Source: an uncultured virus (IMG/VR IMGVR_UViG_3300028392_000061)
Taxonomy: Duplodnaviria; Heunggongvirae; Uroviricota; Caudoviricetes
Strand: one strand, 5' to 3'
IMG/VR virus record: IMGVR_UViG_3300028392_000061
Length of the DNA stretch: 20,000 bases
Below, one piece after another: positions 1-8,254 of this stretch; the stretch's first letter is position 1; each line of letters opens with the position of its first letter. The notes under the pieces are model-generated. The model was not told the DNA's origin. It saw only the letters and a list, made by a program, of their open reading frames with translations, and searched no databases. Made by a program: the position numbers and the translations under genes.

Positions 1-1851
1 TACTGCTTGATTAAGGAGCATTACTGCAGATTCATCTTGCATAATTTTTTGACTAAATAGTTGTGCTGCGTTTTGAGATGCAATAATTTCGGGAGTAAAT
101 AATTGTCCAAACGTTTTAGTTCCATTAATAAGATTTTTCATTGAGAATAAACCTTTAACTAAATATCCAACAAAGTTAGCAAGTACACCAGTAAACATAA
201 TTATTGGACCTGATAATGCTATGCCTGCTGTAATTATTCCAAGGACTGTTTTTACTGGGGCTGGAAGTCCACCAAATACTTTTGCAACACTATTTCCAAA
301 ATTTAACAAAGCTGTAGCAACTTGCATAATTTTTTCACCAACTGGTAAAAGATCTGCTTTCATTGTTTCAACTGCTCGTCTAAATTTACCTGTTGTAGAT
401 TCAGTAGCGGTTTTTAATTCTCCTGCTGCAATTCCTTTTAATTCTGCTTCTGAAGAATTCATTAAATTAAAAGCCTGACTTGTTTGACTATTAACTGCAC
501 CCAAATTTGTAATAAGTGCTTGAATTCTTGCTTGTTGATATTTTCCAAAAAGTTTATCAATTAATTGAGCTTGTGCAAGGGGTTGTAATCCTTTTAATGA
601 TTCTTGTAACATCATAATCATTTGTATTGGATTTCCACCAGTTTTTGTAGCAATTGATGATAAATTAATATTATATGCAGCAAATGCATCTTTTGCTGCT
701 GTTGTTGGATTAATAAGTGATGCTAGAGCTGATTTAATAGCGTTTGCAGATTGAGCTGCTGGAACTCCCGCCTCTTTCATTGCAACCATCATAAGTGCTG
801 TATCTTTAAAAGATCCACCAAGCTGCTGCACAATTGGTCCAACCTTTGGAATACCTGCTGCTAAATCTTGCATACTTGTTGATGTTTGGTTTTCAACTGC
901 GTTAAGAAAATCTATTGCTCCAGATAATTGGTTTGTGCTTAATTTATAAACATTTTGTAAAGAAATTGTTGTTTGCATTGCATCTTGTTGATCCATTTCG
1001 CCTAATTTTTGAAGACGAATTGCTTCTCTTGTTGCACCAACTAATTGAACCCCTTGCAATCCAGTAGCAGCTAAATCAGCAGCCATCGCTGCAGTATCTT
1101 TGACTGCAACACCCATGCTAGATGCAAGCTCTTTTGAAAGCGATAAAATTTGTCCCCTTATTGCAGATAAAGCTTGTTGTGTTGGTTGTTGAATTCCATT
1201 TCCATAAACCTTTTGCATTCTTATCAACTGATCATTAACTTCTTTAAAAACATTCATAGCGGTACTACCAAAAATTGTAAGTGGTACTGTCATACCAACT
1301 GTTAATTGACGACCTGCCCATTGAGTATTTTTACCCCAGTTAATAAGAGATTGTGCACCTTTATCTACTGCAATGTTATAAAGATTTTGAGTATTTGCTG
1401 CAATTTTTGTAGCATTTGATATAGCATTAATCTTTGTAGGTGTAAAAACAGAAAGAACACCTTGTTTTGTAGGGTCTGACATAACCATAGAATTTTGGAG
1501 TTTTGTTTGTTCCATTGCAAGGGCTCTCATTTGAGCAGTTGCATTTGTAGACCCAGCTTTAATTATTCGAAAATATTCTGTAAGTTTTAATTTACCGCCA
1601 ACTAATGCGTCACCAAATTTATCAGTTTCAGCTTTTAGCCTAACAGTTGATGCAGTAAATTGACCAGTAGAAAGTATAGTTGATTTAAAAACAGCATTGG
1701 CTTCATTTAATTGTTTTGTTAAATTAGCACTAATGCCAACACTTGCTACACCCTTATTAAGAAGAGTAACTTGATCTTGGAGCGCTTTGATTTGAGCATT
1801 AACAGATTTAAAGTCACCTAGGGCAACTATATTAAGTTCTATTCTTGCCAT
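1..1851 (-). CDS. Tail tape measure protein, TP901-like (5' part; runs off the left edge)
   Basis: Not in the ORF track because it has no stop in the window. Manual translation from ATG 1851: MARIELNIVALGDFKSVNAQ...LINWGKNTQWAGRQLTVGMTVPL...AMAADLAATG...FLNAVENQTS...AMKEAGVPAAQSANAIKSALASLINPT. Ala/Gln-rich helical protein directly after the tail assembly chaperones, overlapping the upstream stop. Confidence 0.93.
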   Translation of the reverse strand, partial: MARIELNIVALGDFKSVNAQIKALQDQVTLLNKGVASVGISANLTKQLNEANAVFKSTILSTGQFTASTVRLKAETDKFGDALVGGKLKLTEYFRIIKAGSTNATAQMRALAMEQTKLQNSMVMSDPTKQGVLSVFTPTKINAISNATKIAANTQNLYNIAVDKGAQSLINWGKNTQWAGRQLTVGMTVPLTIFGSTAMNVFKEVNDQLIRMQKVYGNGIQQPTQQALSAIRGQILSLSKELASSMGVAVKDTAAMAADLAATGLQGVQLVGATREAIRLQKLGEMDQQDAMQTTISLQNVYKLSTNQLSGAIDFLNAVENQTSTSMQDLAAGIPKVGPIVQQLGGSFKDTALMMVAMKEAGVPAAQSANAIKSALASLINPTTAAKDAFAAYNINLSSIATKTGGNPIQMIMMLQESLKGLQPLAQAQLIDKLFGKYQQARIQALITNLGAVNSQTSQAFNLMNSSEAELKGIAAGELKTATESTTGKFRRAVETMKADLLPVGEKIMQVATALLNFGNSVAKVFGGLPAPVKTVLGIITAGIALSGPIIMFTGVLANFVGYLVKGLFSMKNLINGTKTFGQLFTPEIIASQNAAQLFSQKIMQDESAVMLLNQAV

Positions 1852-2171
1852 TCACTCTCCCCCATTTGCATAAAGCCAAGTCCTTCGTTTAATCCAAAGC
1901 CTTCGCTACTTGCAACTCTTGCAGAATTTAAATCAGTAATATCATTTGATATTTCTTGATCGTTTTCTTCTAAATCTACTCCATTTATTGCTGCAACAAA
2001 CTTCTTGTCATTGTTATCTTTACTACGAATTGCTTCAACTGTTGCCATTAATTCTTCTAGTGACAAACTGTTTTCTAATTCTTCGTAATTTTTCCAACGA
2101 CCAAGCAAAAATACTTCGGACTCCAGGGAGCGTAGGTCTAGTTCGTCCCAACTAGTGCCGCTCCCAGAAGG
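1839..2171 (-). CDS. Tail assembly chaperone, post-frameshift (gpT-like) segment
   Basis: The -1 frame relative to 2138..2479 is open from the slippery site through PSGSGTSWDELDLRSLESEVFLLGRWKNYEELE...WQE*. The track's TTG at 2108 is probably not the main start. Position is between the chaperone and tape measure genes. Confidence 0.85.
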   Translation of the reverse strand, partial: PSGSGTSWDELDLRSLESEVFLLGRWKNYEELENSLSLEELMATVEAIRSKDNNDKKFVAAINGVDLEENDQEISNDITDLNSARVASSEGFGLNEGLGFMQMGESEWQE

Positions 2172-2177
2172 TTTGGG
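2126..2177 (-). promoter_or_regulatory. Programmed -1 ribosomal frameshift signal (C CCA AAC plus downstream hairpin)
   Basis: In-frame X XXY YYZ heptamer CCCAAAC at 2177-2171, 5-nt spacer CTTCT, then hairpin GGGAGCG-GCA-CTAGTT-GGGACG-AACTAG-ACCTA-CGCTCCC (2165-2126). Confidence 0.85.
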
Positions 2178-2479
2178 TCTGTTAGTTTCAATCCACCAGC
2201 GATTTCTAGAATCTTCATCATGGTTGGAATTTCTACAACATCTTCAAACTTGTCTTTATCTTTACCTAGAGGTGAGTCTGGATAAAGGCCGCTAATGCAA
2301 AGCATTGCAGCATCAATAAAAATATCCATTGCTGCGTCTTCAGATGCATTTTCTGGCTCGTCCATCTTCTTAATTAGTTCCATGAACTCTCTTAGCTTCT
2401 TAATAGGAAGCGGTTTTAAAGTGATTTGTTCACCATTTGAAAGCTCTACTTCTACTACATCATATACTGTTGTTGCCAA
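2138..2479 (-). CDS. Tail assembly chaperone (gpG-like)
   Basis: 113-aa acidic protein between major tail and tape measure genes. TTG start with AAAGGAG SD at 2487-2493. Slippery heptamer near the 3' end. Confidence 0.88.
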   Translation of the reverse strand: MATTVYDVVEVELSNGEQITLKPLPIKKLREFMELIKKMDEPENASEDAAMDIFIDAAMLCISGLYPDSPLGKDKDKFEDVVEIPTMMKILEIAGGLKLTDPNLLGAALVGTN

Positions 2480-2503
2480 TTTATAGCTCCTTTGTTTAGT
2501 TAA

Positions 2504-2512
2504 ATTATACCA
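2504..2512 (-). promoter_or_regulatory. Putative extended -10 promoter (TGGTATAAT) for chaperone/tape measure genes
   Basis: TGnTATAAT consensus just downstream of a terminator hairpin and upstream of the SD of 2479. Confidence 0.6.
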
Positions 2513-2538
2513 ACATAATTGGCATACACAAATTCAAA

Positions 2539-2560
2539 GCCCCGTCATTTCTGACGGGGC
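2539..2560 (-). terminator. Intrinsic terminator after the major tail gene
   Basis: Minus strand GCCCCGTCA-GAAA-TGACGGGGC followed by TTTGAATTT: 9-bp GC-rich stem with a GAAA tetraloop. Confidence 0.8.
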
Positions 2561-2594
2561 CTGAATGTTATTAAATTGTTATTGAGTTATGTTA

Positions 2595-3347
2595 TTAAAC
2601 AGTTCCCCATACACGATCAATTACTATGCCGTACTCAGAACCAGCATAACCAACCTGAGTATCATCTGGCAAACAGCGGAAACTTACTGGGAATACAGTA
2701 GCTGAATCACGCTTTAGACCATGAGCAGTTGTATCCATAGATACAACACGACGTGCAACATATACACGCTCTTTATTACGTAAATCACTTGAAACTTGAG
2801 CGTTGTTCTTAACTTGAGCTGGAGCATTACCAACTGCAATAAGAGTACGTTCTACTGGAGCATCTCCAAGAGCGCCCGCTGCCATATTCAAAGTTGTACC
2901 AATTTCTGATCCACCAACTGGTGTTACATCAGTCATTGAGTTAACTGCAGTAATTGTACTGCCTGTTGAATTTACATAATATGTGTCCATCTGACCCCAT
3001 GAAAGAGTAAGATTGTCAAGAGTTGCTTCTACCAATTCTGTTTTAAGTGTAACCTTAAGTGTTTGCTTAAATAGTTTTGCTGCATCTAGCAACTGATCAA
3101 CCATTACTTCACCATAATTTGGTTCGTAAGAAACTTCTAGACCTGAATTTGTATAACCAACTTCACGATATTTTGAACCTGTTGCAAGCAAGCCTGTACG
3201 GGCTGAAACGCCTGAACTAAGAAAACCACCACTACCTGTTGCACCTGTAATAACTGCAGTTGTAGTTAATGGTCTTGCTGTATCTTCTTGAGAGCTTATG
3301 AAAAGAGAAGCTGCACCAACAACGATATTTTTTGTATTTGTAGCCAT
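2595..3347 (-). CDS. Major tail (tube) protein
   Basis: 250 aa. NIVVGAASLF...VGYTNSGLEVSYEP...VDQLLD...TELVEATLDNL...FPVSFRCLPD is typical of siphovirus tail tube proteins. Lies between tail terminator and chaperones, with a strong TIR. Confidence 0.88.
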   Translation of the reverse strand: MATNTKNIVVGAASLFISSQEDTARPLTTTAVITGATGSGGFLSSGVSARTGLLATGSKYREVGYTNSGLEVSYEPNYGEVMVDQLLDAAKLFKQTLKVTLKTELVEATLDNLTLSWGQMDTYYVNSTGSTITAVNSMTDVTPVGGSEIGTTLNMAAGALGDAPVERTLIAVGNAPAQVKNNAQVSSDLRNKERVYVARRVVSMDTTAHGLKRDSATVFPVSFRCLPDDTQVGYAGSEYGIVIDRVWGTV

Positions 3348-3348
3348 A

Positions 3349-3374
3349 TTTTATTTCACCACCTTATTTTATTT
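3349..3374 (-). promoter_or_regulatory. 26-nt translation initiation region identical to that of the capsid gene
   Basis: AAATAAAATAAGGTGGTGAAATAAAA, identical to 7721-7746; contains SD-like AAGGTGGTG. Confidence 0.85.
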
Positions 3375-3419
3375 TAATTAAAAAATCTAAAAAGATGACA
3401 ATTTACTTCCTCATGTAAA

Positions 3420-3428
3420 ATCATAGCA
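3420..3428 (-). promoter_or_regulatory. Putative extended -10 promoter (TGCTATGAT) for the major tail gene
   Basis: TGnTATGAT with TTGATT 16 nt upstream of the hexamer, in the intergenic gap. Confidence 0.5.
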
Positions 3429-3451
3429 TTAAAGTCAAATAAATCAAACTT

Positions 3452-3967
3452 TTATGAGTATCTACCTGTAACTGAATCTAGCTGTCTGGTGTAAGCGTAT
3501 CTTATTGAAATTATTCCATTCATAAACCCGCCTTCATTTGCAAAAGCTTGGACGGGATCTGAAGATTCTACCTTAAAATAATGATACTTATATGGACTTG
3601 AAGCAATCAAAGATAGATTAATGTCTTTTGCTGAATCATCATATCTTCTAAAAAGGTCTGTAGCAAGGTTAAGAATTGTTTGAATCTCAGATGGATCTCT
3701 TGAAACAATATCAAAGGTTATAACATCTTCGCTCATCCACCATTGAGTGTCCCCGTGACTTTGAGTAATATCATAAATAACATATGTCTTACCTGGGAGC
3801 ATGTTGTTGAATTCTGGTACCTGCTGTGCGGGTATAATGGGCTCTAGGGGGCTCGAAAAGCCATCTGCTATGTAATCGTTAAGGTTAATTAATCCCTTGG
3901 CTATAAGCTCGTTTAAAAAGGTTTTACGGATATCATATGATGCCACGTATTTGTAGTTTACTGTCAT
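3452..3967 (-). CDS. Tail terminator / tail completion protein
   Basis: 171 aa directly upstream of the tail tube gene. PIIPAQQVPE...YVIYD pattern; assignment mainly by synteny. Confidence 0.65.
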   Translation of the reverse strand: MTVNYKYVASYDIRKTFLNELIAKGLINLNDYIADGFSSPLEPIIPAQQVPEFNNMLPGKTYVIYDITQSHGDTQWWMSEDVITFDIVSRDPSEIQTILNLATDLFRRYDDSAKDINLSLIASSPYKYHYFKVESSDPVQAFANEGGFMNGIISIRYAYTRQLDSVTGRYS

Positions 3968-4695
3968 TTAATTATCTCCCTACCTGCAACAATTGAATTT
4001 ACAATTTGTTTAGTAATTGCTTGTACATCTGTAATTCCCGCATTTTTCTTTGATAATACCATAGATGTTTCATTAACTATTCTTTGATATAGCCCTGAAG
4101 AATCCATAATTGTTTGAGCATTCTTATTATACCAAGCAGACATGAAAGTAGCCAAAGAACCTTTTACGTATTTCCCGCCTGGATTATTATTGTTTACTGT
4201 AGTTCCAGGCTGTATAAATTTTATTCCTAAATCTGATCCCATAAATGCAAGCATTTTTTTAGCTTGATAACGAACTGGCTTGCCAGATTCCATAACTTCA
4301 GCTTTATCTCTAAATATATTTCTTTTAGTTACAATCTTGCCTGTTGGTCCAGGTGATAACAATTCTGGATCAATTGGGACGGGAGTTTTTGATTGTTTAA
4401 AATTTGCATTGATTGTCATATTTCCATTTACTAATATCATCCTATTTAAAACAAACAATCTTGCTGAAGGATTACCAACTTTATTCCATTCATATATGTG
4501 ATGCATTCTTTTTGGATTTGTTGCAGAAAATCTATCTACCGCTAAAACAAATCTTTCACCCAATATAATAAATGCAGCTTTTGAAATTTCATTTAAAAAA
4601 TCGGGTTGAGTCATATGACCAATAGCTTTTACTTTAAGATCAATCTCTCTATTTAAAGCCTCAAGACTTGATTTAGTTATTGATAGTTTTATCAT
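3964..4695 (-). CDS. Neck/tail-completion region protein
   Basis: 243-aa basic protein between stopper and terminator genes, coupled by an ATGA overlap. Function from position only. Confidence 0.5.
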   Translation of the reverse strand: MIKLSITKSSLEALNREIDLKVKAIGHMTQPDFLNEISKAAFIILGERFVLAVDRFSATNPKRMHHIYEWNKVGNPSARLFVLNRMILVNGNMTINANFKQSKTPVPIDPELLSPGPTGKIVTKRNIFRDKAEVMESGKPVRYQAKKMLAFMGSDLGIKFIQPGTTVNNNNPGGKYVKGSLATFMSAWYNKNAQTIMDSSGLYQRIVNETSMVLSKKNAGITDVQAITKQIVNSIVAGREIIK

Positions 4696-5134
4696 TGTCT
4701 TGGACCTTTACTCTATGGATTGTAGTTTCATAATAAGAAATTTTTCCAAATGGGTCTAAAACTGCATGTGAAGATGTTACTTCAAAAATAGTATCTGGTT
4801 GATCAATTTTATCAATTTCAACAAATACTTGTTTACCATCACTTGACCTAATATTAACAATTCTCCAACGCTTACTTAAAAGATCAAGAGATTTCATTTT
4901 AAGTTGAAACCCTTCATCATACCCGCCAGTTGCATTGTCTGATGTACCAAAACTTTTATTATCGCCTCTTGTATTAGTTCCTCTTGCTTGAATAGGTTCA
5001 ATCTTACATTCAACAGTTTTTTTATAAACCCATTGTCTGGATATTGCTCCAGTATCTGTATCTTGTACATTTTGTTGAATATAAACTTGAGCGGTCATAT
5101 TCATAATTGATGCAATAAGTGATGGATTAAACAT
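4673..5134 (-). CDS. Head-to-tail stopper (head closure) protein
   Basis: 153 aa, beta-rich, QDTDTGAISRQW motif; follows the adaptor with a TAATG overlap. Confidence 0.65.
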   Translation of the reverse strand: MFNPSLIASIMNMTAQVYIQQNVQDTDTGAISRQWVYKKTVECKIEPIQARGTNTRGDNKSFGTSDNATGGYDEGFQLKMKSLDLLSKRWRIVNIRSSDGKQVFVEIDKIDQPDTIFEVTSSHAVLDPFGKISYYETTIHRVKVQDNDKTINN

Positions 5135-6084
5135 TAAATAATTACAATATTAACGTTTCGGTATTGATCAAGGATATTATCCACAGTCACATTGCCCGTA
5201 CCGTTAAATGCTCCTCCTGCCATTTCAAATGAAATTTCTGAAAGGTTTACTTTCTTAAGATACTTGTTGCGCCAGTTATAATCGTTTGCTAAAATATCGC
5301 CTACTAAAAGCATTGAAGCAATTTTAATATCTTCTGGAACATATTTCCAACCAATTATTCCTTGAAATTTATATCTTGAGCCATCTCTGAATCTTCCATT
5401 ACCCATTGCAGTTGGATCTACTTGATTATCATATCTAAGATCCCAGCCTACATTTATAATTCTAATAGCTTTTTTTGTTGGACTTAATTCTATAGGGAAA
5501 CCAAAATTATTATAAACTGGAGTAATTGTATTATCAATTAACAATTCATCGTTTTCCCAAAGCTTATCTATTGACACCATTTTTTCAACAAGCTCTATAG
5601 CATCTGATCCAAATCCAAATTGTTCTTGTTGACCATAATATTGAATAAACTTTTGTCCTGTATATCCATTAATTATTGTTCTTGCAATTTTTTCAGCTGA
5701 TTCAATTTCTTTAGGACTTTTATAATTAATCTCTGATGGAGATGAGCCAAATCCCAAGAAATCTTGAATTTCGCTTACAGTTGAATATGTTGTTTCTATA
5801 TCATATAGCTGTGTTTCTGATGTACTTACACTATTTAAAGAATATGACCAGACAAACTTAAGAACTCTGTTGATTTGAGTAAGTGCTGGGGTTATTGTAT
5901 AAGAATAAACCCCAGCAGTGTTCTCATCTACTACTGTAATATTAGAATACCCAGTTAGTGCTGTTGTATCATCATTTGCGTCATATATGCTCAAGGTTGG
6001 TATAGATGTTGCTTGTGTTAAAACCCCATCACTATATACGTTAAGATATATCTTTTGCTTACTTCCCTTGGCTATATTTTGCAA
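5134..6084 (-). CDS. Head-to-tail adaptor with an N-terminal beta-rich extension
   Basis: 316 aa, TTG start with GGAGG SD at 6092-6096. YSTVSEIQDFLG...ARTIINGYTGQKF...GWKYVPEDIKIASMLL...ILDQYR is typical of gp15/gp6-type adaptors. Confidence 0.75.
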   Translation of the reverse strand: MQNIAKGSKQKIYLNVYSDGVLTQATSIPTLSIYDANDDTTALTGYSNITVVDENTAGVYSYTITPALTQINRVLKFVWSYSLNSVSTSETQLYDIETTYSTVSEIQDFLGFGSSPSEINYKSPKEIESAEKIARTIINGYTGQKFIQYYGQQEQFGFGSDAIELVEKMVSIDKLWENDELLIDNTITPVYNNFGFPIELSPTKKAIRIINVGWDLRYDNQVDPTAMGNGRFRDGSRYKFQGIIGWKYVPEDIKIASMLLVGDILANDYNWRNKYLKKVNLSEISFEMAGGAFNGTGNVTVDNILDQYRNVNIVII

Positions 6085-6097
6085 TTAAATGCCTCCG

Positions 6098-6496
6098 TTA
6101 TGCGTAAAATTCTTGCGCTTCTCTTGGAGTCGCAAGTCTAAACCCTTCTTGTGAATCAAAAATACGTTGTGCGTCTGATTCAGACATAGCTACAAATGGG
6201 TGGTGTTGCGTAAAAGTGTGACCCATTGCTTGATAAGAGAAATTACCTCTATCCATCTTTACTAGTACTGAGTTTTCATTTTTCATAATTTTTTTCTCTC
6301 TCTGTTTCTTTTCTACTTCTGAAATTTCAATATCCTGCTTTTCAGTATTATTGAACTTTTCATACATTTGATAAGTTATTCCCTCTTCTTCAAAAAGGGC
6401 TGCAATCTCTGTTTTTGTCTTAGATCCCGCAAGATCTACTCCAAAAGATTCCGCTGCTTTTTTTAACTCGTTTATTTTTAAATCTGAAAATGACAT
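6098..6496 (-). CDS. Small protein with N-terminal HeH/Rho-N-like helical motif
   Basis: FSDLKINELKKAAESFGVDLAGSKTKTEI resembles Rho-N/HeH/SAP motifs; follows the capsid gene; SD GAGAGGA. Confidence 0.6.
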   Translation of the reverse strand: MSFSDLKINELKKAAESFGVDLAGSKTKTEIAALFEEEGITYQMYEKFNNTEKQDIEISEVEKKQREKKIMKNENSVLVKMDRGNFSYQAMGHTFTQHHPFVAMSESDAQRIFDSQEGFRLATPREAQEFYA

Positions 6497-6522
6497 TATC
6501 TTCCTCTCGTTAATGTGTTTTA

Positions 6523-6531
6523 ATTATAGCA
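6523..6531 (-). promoter_or_regulatory. Putative extended -10 promoter (TGCTATAAT)
   Basis: Perfect TGnTATAAT immediately after the post-capsid terminator. Confidence 0.6.
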
Positions 6532-6543
6532 GAAAATGATTAA

Positions 6544-6569
6544 GGGGAATAGTATTTCTACTATTCCCC
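6544..6569 (-). terminator. Intrinsic terminator after the major capsid gene
   Basis: Minus strand GGGGAATAGTA-GAAA-TACTATTCCCC then TTAATCATTTT: 11-bp stem with a GAAA loop. Confidence 0.8.
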
Positions 6570-6591
6570 CCAATCTTGCAACTAATAGATA

Positions 6592-7719
6592 TTAGTATGT
6601 GTAAGTTCCTGAGCCACCAAGTGTACCTGCTCCGTGTGTTACGGAACCAAAGGATGTACCTGTTGAGCCTGAGATCTTAATGTTCTTTACAATTACGTGT
6701 GCATCAAAGTTTTCGACCTGGCAACCAACGCGGATAAATAGAGTATACTCAATTGTATCCTTCTTTGGCTGAAACAGACGATAAACAGTAACATCGCGCT
6801 TAATACCAATAATAAAGTTCTGAGGGAATGTCAAGTGAAGATCACCGTGAAGGCCGCTAGTGCCTGCATAGTCTCCTGCACGTGTTTCATCCATCAATGG
6901 AACGTTAATTACTGGAATACCAAATGCGAATGGTGTTACAGTTCCTGGACCGCCATCGTTAGCAGCAACATCTCCACGAATTACGCCAGAAGCGATATCG
7001 AATGGATTGCCGTTACCTGCGTTAGCAGTTAGGTTGTACAAATAATCTTGTACCAAGTTTGATCCTGAGAAGAATCGAAGTTGATTACGACGTTGCTTAT
7101 ACTTACGTGGAAGGGTCTTGATTGCCATGTTAAACACAGCCTTGTCAAGTCCTAGTCCCGCAGCATCCACAACGTGTGCATTTGCAAGTGCAAGTGCTCT
7201 GAAGCCCTTAAACGCTGAAAGCAAACCTGTGCTAGTTCCTGTACCGTTGATGAGAACATCCTCAATATCGTTACCAGCTTGGGTAGCCATAAGACGTGCA
7301 ATGTGGTCTTCTAGATCTGGACCCTCAATATTGTCTTCAAGAGACTCTGATGAGAGTTCCCAGTCAAGACGAAGCTTGCGTGTTGTCAAAGAAACCTTTG
7401 AAAAAGTTGCAGCTGCGTTTGTATATGATGCATTTTCTGTTGCGCTCACGTAATCACGTGGAGCATCTTCAGAAGCTACAGTCATAATTCTTTGACCGAC
7501 TGAAACACGATCAATTTCAGTTGTATTGCTACGCATACGGATTGTACGTGAAGCCTTTGCCAAAATAGTCGCATCCCACATGTAATCTAGGAAACGGTTA
7601 GCTTGATCTGGATATAGAAGTCCAGCTCCGCTAAGTGTAGAAGTGTCTGTTGACGCTTGTACTCCGCTTGCACCGAGATTAGTTGTATCAATTACTTTTT
7701 GTAATAGTTCATTACTCAT
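6592..7719 (-). CDS. Major capsid protein (HK97 fold)
   Basis: 375 aa. GLLYPDQANRFLDYM...KLRLDWELSSESLEDNIEG...AGNDIEDVLINGTG...FGIPVINVP...IEYTLFIR. Follows the protease/scaffold gene; strong TIR and downstream terminator. Confidence 0.95.
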   Translation of the reverse strand: MSNELLQKVIDTTNLGASGVQASTDTSTLSGAGLLYPDQANRFLDYMWDATILAKASRTIRMRSNTTEIDRVSVGQRIMTVASEDAPRDYVSATENASYTNAAATFSKVSLTTRKLRLDWELSSESLEDNIEGPDLEDHIARLMATQAGNDIEDVLINGTGTSTGLLSAFKGFRALALANAHVVDAAGLGLDKAVFNMAIKTLPRKYKQRRNQLRFFSGSNLVQDYLYNLTANAGNGNPFDIASGVIRGDVAANDGGPGTVTPFAFGIPVINVPLMDETRAGDYAGTSGLHGDLHLTFPQNFIIGIKRDVTVYRLFQPKKDTIEYTLFIRVGCQVENFDAHVIVKNIKISGSTGTSFGSVTHGAGTLGGSGTYTY

Positions 7720-7720
7720 T

Positions 7721-7746
7721 TTTTATTTCACCACCTTATTTTATTT
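7721..7746 (-). promoter_or_regulatory. 26-nt translation initiation region identical to that of the major tail gene
   Basis: Identical to 3349-3374. Confidence 0.85.
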
Positions 7747-8254
7747 ATAGATTTTTAGTTAAGCTATTAACACCGAGGAAGTGTCCTTGCCATATACTTT
7801 TTTGGATATTTTCTTGCTCCAATGAACCGTTAAGATCACTGGACTTCTTAACTGCTGTTGCGGATTCAAATCCGTTCAGCTTATTATCAACATATTCAAT
7901 TTTTCCGTACATTTCCGTAATTGATTTGTTAATTTCTTCATTCTTAGCCTTGATATCATCAATCGCTTTTGACATTTCTGCCCTTGTTTCCTCAACAATA
8001 CGATAAACATCTTGAACTGTCGCTGCATGAGTTGCATAATTCTTTTCAATAGAATCATTAAAGAAGGTCTTAAGGTCAGTTACCATCTTTGTGAAATCAA
8101 GTGTATCCTCAACCTCTGAAATAGCAACAGCTTTTTCAATTGCTTCTCCTGCATCAACCGCTGGTGCTTCTATAACTTCTGTTACTTCTTCAACAACTGG
8201 GATTTCAACTTCAGTAACTTCTGTAGCTACCTCTGCGTTTGTTTCTTCTGTCAT
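7745..8254 (-). CDS. Putative nested scaffold protein from an in-frame internal start (169 aa)
   Basis: AAGGAGGT at 8268-8261, 6 nt before the in-frame ATG 8254 (Met290, MTEETNAEV...). Confidence 0.65.
   Translation of the reverse strand: MTEETNAEVATEVTEVEIPVVEEVTEVIEAPAVDAGEAIEKAVAISEVEDTLDFTKMVTDLKTFFNDSIEKNYATHAATVQDVYRIVEETRAEMSKAIDDIKAKNEEINKSITEMYGKIEYVDNKLNGFESATAVKKSSDLNGSLEQENIQKSIWQGHFLGVNSLTKNL

Noticed and set aside
2106..2108. TTG 2108 as the main start of the 89-aa ORF
   Set aside because: The nearest GGAG lies about 12 nt upstream, next to the hairpin base. The frame is open back to a canonical slippery site, so a frameshift explains it better, though minor independent initiation is not excluded.
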